A stretch of 63,949 nucleotides of DNA, counting the filler, from Folioceros fuciformis (lineage: Eukaryota), in the NCBI GenBank assembly GCA_049999805.1. It is 6 parts of 6 records of this genome, joined end to end, with 100 filler letters (N's around TTAATTAATTAA, not from the genome) between each part and the next. Parts side by side here need not be neighbours in the genome. Positions count along the whole stretch, not along the records: positions 1 to 29,691 come from JBNGIO010005441.1; positions 29,792 to 35,991 come from JBNGIO010005443.1; positions 36,092 to 47,637 come from JBNGIO010005444.1; 3 more parts are not named here. One strand, written 5' to 3'. A program made the position numbers and the translations under genes. This document shows, piece by piece, positions 27,001-38,849 of this stretch. The notes under the pieces were generated by a model, which saw only the letters and a list, made by a program, of their open reading frames with translations, searched no databases and was not told where the DNA came from. Each line of letters begins with the position of its first letter. Position 1 is the stretch's first letter.

Positions 27001-27311
27001 TTCTGCTTGAGGGCGCTGATGGGTGTTACAGATTCTGCTGGTATCGATGGAGCCTGGTGTGGTTGGGGCTGGTGTCTAACGGTCACAGGCAACCTAACCA
27101 ACCTTGGTCCTTCTTCCCGCTTTCAGTTGGTGTAAATGGAAGGTGGAGTTGCCCGACTCCGAGCTTGGAGGTGACAGGAACATCTTAAAGCATGGAGTTT
27201 GCATGAGTTTTGTACAAGTTTTTGGCTTGCCTTCAGCCCCCAACCACGGACAGCAATTCTCGACGCACAGGGGGCGAAGCGTACTTGAGGCTGCCGCCTC
27301 AAGCTCAGGAC

Positions 27312-27686
27312 ATGGGATTCCGGCCATGTGGATTTTTGCTAGGCTTGCCTTTTATGCTGGCTACCTCGCTGCTCACCCTCGTGGGCTGCGTCATCTGGCT
27401 CGTCGGGTACAGTTTCATACTCTGCCTCTTCACTTCCATCGTCAGTGACAAACAGTGTTGTGCAATGTTGATCAGAGTTCTGCGAGAACTTTGTAAGGAG
27501 TTAGCCACAGCTTCGTCGTGGTTGTTATAACGTCTGAACGTTTGCAAAATTGTGCGTTGCAGAACAATCCTAGGTTGCATTTGTCCATGTTGTGCCTGCA
27601 TTCCGTGTGTGGTTGGTTTTGCGCTCACTCTCATCAAATTGCCTATACGAGTAACAGAGTGGTTTACTGAGAAGATTCCTTGCTAA
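27312..27686 (+). CDS. TAX1: TAXIMIN cysteine-rich signalling peptide, 2 exons (27312-27406, 27563-27686), 72 aa
   Basis: Spliced translation [14 protein letters not shown]...[15 protein letters not shown]...[18 protein letters not shown] matches the TAXIMIN pattern [26 protein letters not shown] intron. Confidence 0.92.
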
Positions 27687-28318
27687 GACGACTGCGGCAT
27701 TTCCGCCACAGGAATAGGAACAATTCCTTCTAGAGTACACGGATCATTTTTCCCACCAGAAACAAAACCACTAGTCATGAAGGCTGCGACAAGCGACCGC
27801 GTCCAGGTCTGTCAACAGCAAGAACTGAGAAGTGCCTGTTCATGTATCCTCTAGGCTTAGCACTATGGGCCCATTTTCTTCGGATAATCTCGGAATCCGT
27901 GTAAGGCTCACATTGCTGGACGCACATCCTGGGCCGGCAACTAGCATCTTGGGTTCGAGTCCATGTGGAATGGTCAACAAATCTTGTAAAGTACAAAGTC
28001 TCCTTGCTGGCATGTTACAACATTGGAGGCGTGAGACAAAAAAAGCGAAGAAACTTCTTGACTGACCAAGCGCACGTCTCTCAGACGCATGTACAGTTTT
28101 CACATACCGACACTGGGTGAGCGCCGATCCGCTTTTCATGCACCAACTGCCCCTCAAAAATAACCGTTGTCAGAAGAGCATAGTTGTGCTGCCAATGTAT
28201 GAGCTCCATACGAACATCTGACAAACACAGACAGCTATGTACGGCTTAGACGCCCGTTTACCGTGCGACAAAGGAAACACAAGACAATTTTCGAATCTAT
28301 TTGCACACCGCATTACCT

Positions 28319-29691
28319 TCAAACAGCAGCAGCAGCCTTAACGGCATCTTCTGCAGCATCAACCGCATCTGCGAAAAAAACCAGATGTAAGAAACACGTT
28401 TCAATTCTGTCAACGGTCCGGGCATAGCCTATTTGCTAAAAATCTGAACACTAGCGTAGGAGGCCGACACTAGACTACCTATTTGTGGGCAGAAGAAATA
28501 AGAGAGTGAGCAGGGCACAACTATGACCTTGAAGACTCCCTCCTTCAGGAAACTTGTCACCGCTGGGGTTTTCACAGCCGCAGCTGCTGCAAATTCTCCG
28601 ATCCTTTGGGGACTCGTCTATGTTCATGTCGGGCACGGTTGAATAAATAGCAAACTTGCTTTCCAACACCCACCGCCCATCATCGTACCGTGAGACTCGA
28701 AACAGAGGCCACCTGTTGATGCGCACATGCTGCACACTCTCCCCAGTTCTAGGTGGCACAATTCTCCTGCAATGAAGCATGGAAAAAATCATGCTCTCGG
28801 AAGTCCAGAACAGATTTCCGCCACATGACATGACATCCTTGCCGCCCTTCCAACTCAAAAACGAAGGGGCAGTACCACAGAGATTCATTCCCACCCCAAA
28901 TGGGATCTCCAGGATCGGCTCTGATGCTGCCATCACAGCAGAAGTATCTATGAAGGGGAGGCAATCCTCTGTATGTAGGATCCAGCAGCGTCCAGTAAGA
29001 ACCGCATGTCTAACACACACAGAGATACTTGTCATTAACCAGTGAAGCACTCCAAAGAGGAAGGAAGCACGAAGAAGCCTGTGGAGAAGACTTACTTGCT
29101 TCAGTCTGATTTCCCATACGCGAGCACAGGCTTCACGGAGAGTGATCTCCCCCTGCCAAGCCCGAGGACATCGACCAAAGAAAAAAAATCAACAACCGAA
29201 AACCGTAATCTCGCAGCCCAGGTGCAACATCCTCGTGAACGGCCCGTCCCGCCGCCGCTTACCTGATCGATATCAGCGCGGGTGACCGAGAACGCCCGAC
29301 ACCGAGGCATCTGAGGGCAGCGCAGAATCTCTGTAGGCATGTGCGCCCTCCACCTCCACAAGTCAGCACAGAAAGGCTGCCAGAGCGCATCCACCGAAGC
29401 CACAATTCCCCACCGCTTGCTCACCAACATGCACCGTGCCAGGCTGTGAGCATCGATCAGCTTCAGAATCCTGACCTGCAGGAAATCCGCACCAAACACC
29501 TCCACCGGATCCAAAACACGATGTCCATCCGACCCTAACACGGCTCCACTCCCTGCTTCCGCATTCTCCTCCCACCTGGCTCTCTTCGTCAAAGCGACGT
29601 GCTCGACCCCGCCTCCCCCTCCCTCCGCAGCAAGCACCCGCTTGCGACCACCTTGACCCCCGTCATTCCGGCTTTCCAAACAGGCAGAGAC
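28319..29691 (-). CDS. F-box protein (plant family with ADPGD..WGG.E and VRINRWP motifs); 5' end lost in gap
   Basis: F-box DPVEVFG...LIDAHSLARCMLVSKRW...LW; exons GEITLREACARVWEIRLKQ|YWTLLDP..PPLHRYF..DGS..ADPGDPIWGGNES|HVRINRWP. Confidence 0.85.
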
Positions 29692-29791
29692 NNNNNNNNN
29701 NNNNNNNNNNNNNNNNNNNNNNNNNNNNNNNNNNNTTAATTAATTAANNNNNNNNNNNNNNNNNNNNNNNNNNNNNNNNNNNNNNNNNNNN
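29692..29791. other. Artificial contig linker N44-TTAATTAATTAA-N44
   Basis: Identical six-frame-stop spacer recurs five times, always centred in Ns. Confidence 0.97.
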
Positions 29792-31471
29792 GTTTAGATA
29801 CGTATTTAATACGTATCAATACGTATACCATATACGTATCCCCGTATTCCTTTTCTTTTTATTTTCCTAATTTCCCCTTTTCTATTTTCTTCCCTATTTT
29901 TCTGGATTTAATTCCAGAAATTCCATTTCAACTCCGTTTCACCTGCTTTCTTTTCCTCCTAGTTCAGGGCCTTCCCCAGCACCCTAGGGTCAGCCTTCCA
30001 TGGCCGAGCAACCATTTCGGCTGGGAGCTGATCCCGCTGAATAAGCTACCGTTTTCAGGCTAGGTTCCGGCTGTTGATCCCACTCCTTCCCACCTCTTCT
30101 CTATCTTTCCCATTGCGCATGCTCNNNNNNNNNNNNNNNNNNNNNNNNNNNNNNNNNNNNNNNNNNNNNNNNNNNNNNNNNNNNNNNNNNNNNNNNNNNN
30201 NNNNNNNNNNNNNNNNNNNNNNNNGTCTAAGAGGTGGTAGATCCTTGTGGTGGTAGGGCCAGAAGCTCATTGGTGGCAAGTTGTGCTAGAAGTCTAAATA
30301 AGTGGCTGGTGACAGCCGGATAGGCTATTAAAATAATATTTCTCAAGTTAGAGAGAGGTGAACTCAGAGAGAGAGATAGGCTCCTATAAGATCAGGTGAG
30401 CCTGTAGGAGGAGGGAGTCATTCACTTTTGGGAGTCAGTCTATCTCTTTGTGAGCTCTTGGAGGTCCTTTCTTCATGAGCTCTTGTGGTCTGTCCCAGCT
30501 TGGTTTAGGACCTGCAGTGTGTTGCCGGCTGTGCAACGTCTGGTAGGATCGCAAGCCGTGTGTTGCCGGCTGTACAGTGTCTGGTAGGATCGCGGGCAGC
30601 GTGTTGCCGGTTGTATAGTGTCTGGAAGGATCACAAGGTGTAATGACCAGGGTGTAGGGGCTTGCCCCTAGCTCTTGATTGTAAAGGGTGTGTCTTTCTC
30701 TCAACCTGTCCACTCTTGTTCCTTGCTTGGTCAAGTGCTGTAGGCCGGCCATGTCTCATGGCGTCTGGTAAGGTTGTGGGGAGGAGATACCCAAGAGGGG
30801 AGTGTGTTCCCTTCTTCCTTTTGTTTGGGGTTAGTCTAGTGACTCTTGCCGGGTAGGAGGAGTCCGTAGGGAAGTGTAGAAGGTAGTGGTGTCGTTGCTG
30901 GTTGCTGGTAGTTGTTGGTGTTGGTGCTGGAGTAAGAGAGTGAGTGAAGTGAGTGAGGGAAGTCGCAGATCTGAGAGGTTAGGGTCGTTGTAGTGACAAG
31001 AGTGAGTTTGTGGGCACCGAGAGAGGTGCAGCTGACCGCCAGACAGCGAGGCCTGTCCTACGCCCGATCGGAGCTGGAGGGGAGCCCTCGAATCCATCAT
31101 CGAGTTGATCAAGTCCGACCCTCCATCCACAGCAGCAAGGAACCCCATTGCTCCTTCGTGGGAACGAAAACCAATGTCTCAACGACAGTGGGATAAGTGT
31201 GGCCACTAAAGGTGGAACCCGTTGGCGATCGGTGCCCGGGGTTTTGCCTCCACACGCATCAAAACACATCTGTTTGGCAACACTTCGGTACTAGATACCA
31301 AAGGGTATGACCATGCTGGGTTTAGCTAACTTAACCATAACCAACACGGTCTGTACTTCTAACTCTCTTTGGTGGGATCGAAACCCATTCTATACTAACG
31401 ACAGTGGGATAATTGTGGCCACTATAGGACAGAGCTCAGGGAGCCCCACTCCCCGAGATCTGGCTGCCACA
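29792..31471 (+). mobile_element. Long LTR-like sequences (two nested LTR 3' ends: ...cctccaca 31254, ...ctgccaca 31471)
   Basis: TATA-like word near 30385, internal tandem repeat, shared aacgacagtgggataa..gtggccacta word before both CACA ends. Confidence 0.55.
30517..30635. repeat. 41-bp tandem repeat, 3 copies
   Basis: gtgttgccgg.tgt....gtctggtaggatcgc units at 30517, 30558 and 30599. Confidence 0.85.
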
Positions 31472-31550
31472 TGGTGCATTGTCACTGCGCAATCTCTTTA
31501 GTGTTTTTCCAGTTTGTGTTTCAGCCATATGCACGTATTCTACAAACTTG

Positions 31551-31733
31551 TCATATGTTTGGTGTCTGCCATGCAAGAAATATAAGGTGCAAAAGTGAAC
31601 TCCATTCATCTAGAAAGGTTAAAAAATAGATAGCTCCACCAATAGAGCTCATGGACATGGGTCCACATATATCAAAATAGACCATATCGAGACGGCCTGC
31701 TGCTTTTGTAGGCTCAGGGTCTGTAGAGTCCAC
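31551..31733 (-). mobile_element. Ty1/Copia integrase fragment
   Basis: LDMVYFDICGPMSMSSIGGAIYFLTFLDEWS, homologous to [31 protein letters not shown] at ~57700-57780. Confidence 0.85.
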
Positions 31734-31764
31734 ATGACGAATGGATCCCCTAGAAAAATGGTAG

Positions 31765-33068
31765 TGTTTGTTTTTTTTGGGGTTTTTTTTTAAAGGTATT
31801 ATTTAGACCTAAGTATACATTGCTACCACTTAGGGTTAGTGACGGTTACATACCGTTTCAGGTTCTTAGACTATATACTTTGTTTGCTTTCATGTTTTTT
31901 TTCCCTAATGCAAGTTTATATGCTTTGTGGTCAGATTCGACTAAGGTCATGTGCGAGTTGATCACAAATATCAACATGGTATCAGAGCCCAGGCTTTGGT
32001 CCATCCTGGAAAAATTTGCTGTGGAAAGAAAATTTGAAAAAGAGAAATCAAAATGTCTTTCTTTATTTTTAGGCGCTCAATGTGAGCTCTAATATGTAGG
32101 AGGCACAATGCCTCGTAAATCAGGCTATAGGGATGTCTAGACTAACTCTGCCAAATTTTGTAGGTCAAGGGTGTCTGATCCTCGCGATATGCTGAATTTC
32201 CAAGTGGAATTTGAGCAGTTGTATTTCAAGAAAATAGTTACTCAAACCGAACAGCAAGAGCGCATCCGGTTCTTGAAATCGTTTATCGACTCCTATAATC
32301 CAGATCCTCCTAGCCTTAATTCCCTCGCGTCTGACAACAGATAAGATACATTAGATAAATTCAGTTGTTCAGCAGGTGGTATTCATGAATCTGTAAAACT
32401 TTCTCCTCATCACTTACCTCGAGATTTCAAAAATACTGACGCAATCCTCAACTCCCTCTTGATCATCAAATCTTCTATTCTCAAATTTTCTAGAAGATTA
32501 GACAGTCTCTCATCCCGTATGGATGGTTTAGAGAATCAAAAGGGGTTAGATTCTTCTTCATTGACAGAAATAGAATTAGAGGTCAAGAAACAATTCAAGG
32601 ATATCACATGCATCAAGGAGCAGATTGCTACCTTGAGTGTACAATCTTCCTAGTTACCTAACACCATACAGGCATCATGGCAGCGGGAGCGGCTGATTCA
32701 TCTATGGATCGGCTACAAGAGAAAGACCAACTTACCTCTACTAATTTTGATGCCTGGAGTTTTAGGGTTAGCACAATTCTGGAGGAGAAGCTCTTGATGG
32801 ATGTGACGGATGGAAGTGTTCCCCAACGAGTTGCAGGACAGCCCTCGAGCAGGGTGTCCCTTGGTAGAAGCTCTATACCCTAGACAATTAAAGAGGAATT
32901 TGATTGGAATCATAAAGACAGAAAAGCAAAGACAATTTTAGTCTCTTTTGTGTCACATGAAATGATTCCACACATCAAATTAACGTAACATGCACATGAA
33001 GTGTGGTCATTATTTTCAGACACCTACGAAGCTAAGGATGTGATGACGAAGGTTGCAGCAACACTTAA
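31765..33068 (+). mobile_element. Ty1/Copia 5' part: LTR (start approximate), PBS tRNA-iMet (31977-31988), leader ORF, degenerate gag from 32677
   Basis: ...caaca-TGGTATCAGAGC; gag QLTSTNFDAWSFRVSTILEEK.LMDVTDGS. Confidence 0.85.
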
Positions 33069-35635
33069 TGTGGAGGCCACAGGAGGAACAGACTCCTGGA
33101 AAATGGTACGGTTTCTTTTTTTTTGGAATCTCTTATTGAATTTTGTAGAGGAACGGTTAGGAGATTAGGTTAGATTAGTAGTTAGATTAGTGGGTTAGTG
33201 AATAAGGTTTAGGAGGGTGTGTGGTAGATAGACACGGACTCAAGATAAGGTAATAGAGGAACAGGAACCCTAGAACGGGTCATGGGAGGTGAGCCGGGGG
33301 TTCCTCTGGCTGATGTTGGTGGAAGCGGAAGATGGAGATAGAGGTGCCTGGGCCGAAGGGCCTGAGAGCAGGAGGTCATGCAGGGAGGGCCTAAGGTTGT
33401 GGAAGCATCAGAGCCGGGGGGGATGGTGTGGACCCCGTCCGATGGTGGTAGGCTGGGCCACGGAAGCGGCCGGGGCAGGGCAGGGTCAGCACCGACTCGG
33501 ATGGGAGCCTCCCGGCAACATCGAGCACCCCTGCTCGCGAGGTGGGACGGACGTGGGTGACAAGGCTAGGAGGGTGCAGGGGATCCGAGGAAAAGATCCA
33601 GATGCGGGCCGGCCTGGCAGATGGCTGGTTGGGGTTGTCTGACTAGTCAGCCTGGCGAGCTGCAAGCAGGCTAGCCAGGGGTTGGGACAAAGCAGGTCGA
33701 CGTAGCCAGTTCGGCATGGCTGCTCAGCCAGCCGGGCTGGCGGGATGCAGGCTCTAGGCAGCCAGGCTTACGGACTCTTGCAAGCCAGGGAGTAGCCTAG
33801 CCAGGTAGGCAACCGGGCTGATGGGAGGCGGGCCCGCAGGTCCAGGCTTTAGGCCGGTTGGTGGATCCAGCCGGACAGTAGACGAGGCTGGAGCCCAGAG
33901 AAGGCCAGGGAGGCTGGAGCCCAGAGAAGGNNNNNNNNNNAGAGAAGGCCAGGGAGGCTGGAGCCCAGAGAAGGCCAGGGAGGCTGGGACTTGGCTAGCT
34001 GGCCAGGTTTGGACCAGCAGCCCGACGACCAAGAGCGGGCGGGCTGGTTGGAGCTGGATGAATTGGGAGTCCACAGAGGCAGAGTAGCCAAGCTAAGTCA
34101 GGGCGAAAGGCAGAAGAAAGGTGACGGGCTGCTGAGGAGTCTTGACAACCGTGAGCCTGGGACAGATGCATGCGGACTGGGTAGAATCCAGGCAACGGCC
34201 ACCTGGCTGTCGTAACCAGGCAGTCATTGCCCTGCTGGTGGCGTGGTAGGATCCGGAAGCCAGGCAGTGAGGTGCCTAGCTGGATCAAGAGGTTAGGGCC
34301 TCGGGCCTATCGATCGAGCAGGGCTTGGTAACTGAGGATGTCCTGGAGGGTATGACCACAGGTGGAGGGCCAGCAGACCGGGCTACCAGCAGCCAGGCAC
34401 CTTGGAGGTGGGTCGGCTGGTTGATCCGGAAGGCTGACTGGTTGGCTGGCCGGGTTGGCTGGAGGGCCAGGTGACAAACAGATTCGGCCCCAACATCAAG
34501 CTAGGACGGGCTGATCGGGCGGCTTGGCTGGTCATACTTGGGAGCAGAGCAGCGAGGTCGGAGCCAGAAGCAGGCCGGGCAGGTTGGTGGCTGGCTGCCT
34601 GACCGGCTTGGCAGGCAGCTGACAGACGGGGCACCAACATGGGCAGGCCAGGCCAGAGGCGGCACCGAAGCCTGGCCGGTGTGGATGAGGTTGGTTGCAG
34701 GACCGGTGCGTCAAGATCAACTCCGGGGTTGTAGCAGTCCAGAATCAGGATGCAAGGTAGGCTGGCTTGCAGGCACCTGGACTGATCAGCAGCAGTTTTA
34801 GGGTTTAGGGTCAACAAGCTGGCAGGATCATGGCCAGGCCAACCCGGCAGGGAGCAAGGCGCTGTCTTGCAACACGGAGAGGCTGACGAAACCCGGCAGG
34901 CAGAAGAACGGTTGCCCACGACTAGAGCCAGGCAGCCGACCTTGGTGGCGCATCCACAGCAAGGAGGCAGACTGGCTGGTCGGTCTAGCTGGCCGAGTTG
35001 GATCAGGTGGGTTGTGGCCAGCCGAGCTGGATCCGCAGCAGCAGGTGAAGCTGGGCGCTTCGAGTCGATCGAGGCCTGATGGCACATACCGATGGGTAGA
35101 CAAATGGGACCCAAGCAGGCAGGGTGCCTCGGGCTATGGCAGAATCCAGGGATTTGTGGCCGGATGGATCGGGTCTGGCCACAGGCTGGCAGACCTAGGT
35201 GCTGTCGGCATGGCAAGCGCTGGAGACTGGTCAAGGTTTGGGCAAGATTGAAGCAAGCGCTGTCGGCACGGCAGGGACCCATAGGTGTAGCAAGCTAAGT
35301 AGTGGCAGGCCGGCAGAGCAGATTGGAGCCAGGAGCAGGAGGTTAGCTGGCGGATGGCTGGGGGGAGTCGGCCTAGCCAGGGGCTCCGCGCCAGGAGGCC
35401 GGCTGGTTGGCTAGCTGGGCTGGCTGGAGGACCAGCGACAGACAGATCTAGCCCAGGCAGCCAAGGACCGTCAATTCCTGGACACGCCCGATGTCTATGG
35501 GCCGCACACCAACGGGGGCTGGTTGGCAAGGCCATCGAGGGCATCCGGGACAGGGTGCAGCTGGCTACCAAGTTCTGCATCACTTGGGATCCTGCCGCGC
35601 AGAATTGTGGAATACACGGGGAGCTAGAGTATGTG
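33069..35635. mobile_element. GC-rich low-complexity TE/LTR-like insertion interrupting Copia gag; contains a 27-bp tandem repeat (~33883-33985)
   Basis: Begins tgtggaggc (reverse complement of the gcctccaca LTR end at 31254); rich in ggctgg; no credible ORF. Confidence 0.55.
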
Positions 35636-35991
35636 TGTGAACCTCCAAAGGTTGGGGTAGTAGTTTGTTTTGGTTGAAAAAGGGTTAATAGTGGTATGGT
35701 TTGGTTTTCTTTTTCAACTTATTTTCCCTAATTTTCCTTGATTTTCTGGTCATTTTTCCTATTTTTCTTTGTGCTAATTAGGTTAATTGACCAGTAAATA
35801 GTTGGTTTGGTTATAAGAGTGGGTATAGGTTTGGTCCCAGACCTGGGAAGGTTTAGGTTCGGTACCAGGTCATAGGGTTGGGTGATTAGTTTAATATTAA
35901 TTAAATATATAATATTAAATGATTGAATAATAAATAATAATAATAAAAATAATAAAATAGTGGTTTGAACATAGGAACGGGTATCTGGGTA
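35636..35991 (+). mobile_element. LTR start of a high-copy element (TGTGAACCTCC...), second copy at 47419
   Basis: ~215 bp near-identical to 47419-47637; both copies run into contig ends. Confidence 0.8.
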
Positions 35992-36091
35992 NNNNNNNNN
36001 NNNNNNNNNNNNNNNNNNNNNNNNNNNNNNNNNNNTTAATTAATTAANNNNNNNNNNNNNNNNNNNNNNNNNNNNNNNNNNNNNNNNNNNN
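35992..36091. other. Artificial contig linker
   Basis: N44-TTAATTAATTAA-N44. Confidence 0.97.
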
Positions 36092-37543
36092 GAACCGATG
36101 CACATGGTGCTCAACAGTATCAGACTCCTTCATACGGAGTGAGTAAAATGTACAGGTAGCATTGACAAGTGACATAGCATCCTTGGCGGCAAACATCTCT
36201 TGAAAAACCTTCCATACTGCCGCCGAGGTAAGTTGTCCGTGCGTATGCTGCATCATATTTCTATCTAACGCAGATAGTAAGATGCTTCGGGCTCTTTTGT
36301 CCTTTTTATGCCATGCAGAAATAACATTTCCAGACATTTTTCCTGCTGAAGATGCCGACACAGTTGGTTGGGACAAGGACCCATCAACTATGTCCATGAG
36401 GTCATGCTCCTCAAGAATGGCTGTCATCTGCATTTGCCAGACTGCGTAGTCGGGCCCGTTAAAATGGTCTCGATCCTTTATCTCGACCTTAGTTGTATGA
36501 ACTACATTTGTACTAGTAGAAGCTGCCATATCTGCAGAGATCAGAAAAGATAGACTGACTCACTGACTGTGACGTGCTATGTGATTTGCAAGGCAAGAGC
36601 TATTCAGGGTCTGAGTCGCCTAACCTAAAGAGAATGGCTAGACTACTAAGGACACATTCCAAAGGCTCTGGTATAGGTTTAAAATAGGCAAGATTCTTTG
36701 TTTTAGATAGTGGTTTGTAAGATTTATGTGCCATGTCAGTGATATTATCTGAATTACGTGTTGACCCTTTGTATACCAAACTGGTTAAGAGGGCGACCTT
36801 CTTCTATGATTGACCTATGGTTTTATGTAGAACTTGAATCTCGGTATCTACATTACAGCGGTGCTTGGAAGCCTCTTGTCCTAGGGTTTGGGTTCTACAA
36901 TTAAGAGGTGCTAATAGACTGCTCAATGTTTTGCAATGTTGAGTTTTGTTTTGAAAACAAGACAAAGATTGACATTGATTAATGGATTGCTGGTGTGATG
37001 CAGACTGATGATAAGAAGAGCAGCCGTTAGTGCTACAACAGCTATGTAGATAATGTGATGTGTGTGGCCAAACACATCTACAGGGTCTACCTCTGCTGTT
37101 TCTTGTCATTGCTACTCAAGAATATGCAATACTGATAGATACTGTTTGAAATTGTAGCAAAGGTGCTACAGAAGACCAGAATTTAATTAACTTCGGTCTT
37201 CATGCGTAGTGTAGTGTAGCATCAGCTGGTTGCACAGGATTATCCATTTGCGGCATCAATTCATGTATAATCTTAGTCGCCTTGTATTAATAGCTCTGAT
37301 ACCATAAAGAATGCACGTACCATTCTGGCATGATGAAAGAACGCGAGCTTGGAGCAAAAGCAGAATAAAAATTAGAAAACAAAAAACGCTATCATGAGAA
37401 AAACACTCAAAGGTGTTGTAACCGTTTTTACAGCCTAACCTAATTAAAAACTATATTTACGAAACACAACTAGAAGGGACTTAAACTGAATAACGTTTCG
37501 CTGTGTGTGCCCTAACCCTATTAGGGGTTTTTGGTTTGTTACA
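36092..37543 (-). mobile_element. Ty1/Copia 5' part: LTR (37543-37305), PBS (37304-37293), long leader, gag from 36529
   Basis: gctctgatacca on + strand; gag FNGPDYAVWQMQMTAILEEHDLMDIVDGS...WHKKDKRARSIL...LRMKESDTVEHH. Confidence 0.92.
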
Positions 37544-38672
37544 TAAATGGCTGCTAAGCCTTATTATGCAACACACTCCGAACTTGTAGATTCGGCCTCC
37601 GACACTCTCACCACTCCACACAATCGTCCCGAGGATAGTTGGGGAGCTCGTCTCCCACTTTGCGAGGTCTCTCCTCCCGATTCATCCCGAAGCCTGGTTG
37701 TGGAGCATCCACCACCTGCACCCACACCCTCCGAACACTACGTGCCTGGACCTCTTGTCTAGCAACGGCCATCGCTAGGTTTCCACAAGGTTGGAATGTT
37801 GGGCTAGTTTCTTGCTGATTTTTTCGAGGCCCCAAACTGGCCTCTTGTACACGGTAGTGGCGGTCTTTCCACCATAAAGTCTGTCAGGGGTCAGTCAGCG
37901 CTCTTAAATTCTAAGCGGCTTAGGTCCAAGCAGAAACAATCTAAAAAAAACTAGTCTAGACTGAAATTACTATCGCCTCTCTCTTTGCCGCTGGCGCCTT
38001 CCTCCTGGCCGTCGCGCTCCTCCCCCTACTGGTCTACCTCTGGCCCTCCTACCCCACCGCTGGTCAGATAGGTCCTCCCACAGGACCTCCACTTCATTGC
38101 TGCTGCTACTGGTCCTTGCTGGCGGCGGCGCAGGGAATCCCTCTCCTCCCTCCGTCGCCGATTGCTAAGGATGAGGACAGGCTCCCGCTCAACCCACTGC
38201 TGTGCCTCCTCCTCCATCAATTCCTATAGGACTGCCTCGGAATAGCAATGAGGCAGCCCCCATACCCGCCAGCGGTAGTAGTAGATGCCCCTACGGGTCC
38301 TCAATTGCAGGCCGTAGCCCCGCGTCCCTCTTGTGCCCATACGTATATACAAAAACAGCTTCAGAACTCGGGCTCCTTCCACATAGAGGCCCAGCACATA
38401 AGAGGCCTCCTCCTCATACTGTAGCATAATCTGACCCTCTGTCATAAAGGAGGTGCTTACCCCTTCCTCCCTTGGGCTACCTCAGGCTGCCTGTTCCTTG
38501 CTCTCCTGGGGTACTTGAGAGTCCTCCATCCCTCCAGCTGCTGCTACTTCCCCCGGCTCAGTCCGCCTGGTGCGAGTCGCCCACCTAGAACGCCTAGGCA
38601 CAGGGGCTTCCACCATCACTTCTTCGGCTACCGGGGTCGTCGCTTCAGCTACCGGCATCGCCCCTCCTCTAC

Positions 38673-38849
38673 CGGTAGTCCCTTCGGCTACCCCGGGTGT
38701 CGCGAGACTACTGATAGCCCCTTCGGCTATCAATTCTGGGACTCGACTATCGGTAGCCCCTTCGGCTACCGATTTTGGGACTCGACTATCGGTAGCCCCT
38801 TCGGCTACCGATACTGGGGCTCGACTACCGGTAGCCCCTTCAGCTACCG
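38673..38849. repeat. 39-bp tandem repeat (5 units), each with a cggtagcc-ccttc-ggctaccg hairpin
   Basis: Units at 38673, 38712, 38751, 38790 and 38829; related array at ~61725-61920. Confidence 0.9.

Noticed and set aside
34383..35282. 299-aa ORF in the GC-rich block
   Set aside because: Low-complexity P/A/S/C text from stop-poor repetitive DNA; no domain.
38673..38849. CRISPR-like array (palindromic repeat plus spacer)
   Set aside because: Spacers are near-identical, the period is 39 bp in frame within a TE ORF, the context is eukaryotic and there are no cas genes.
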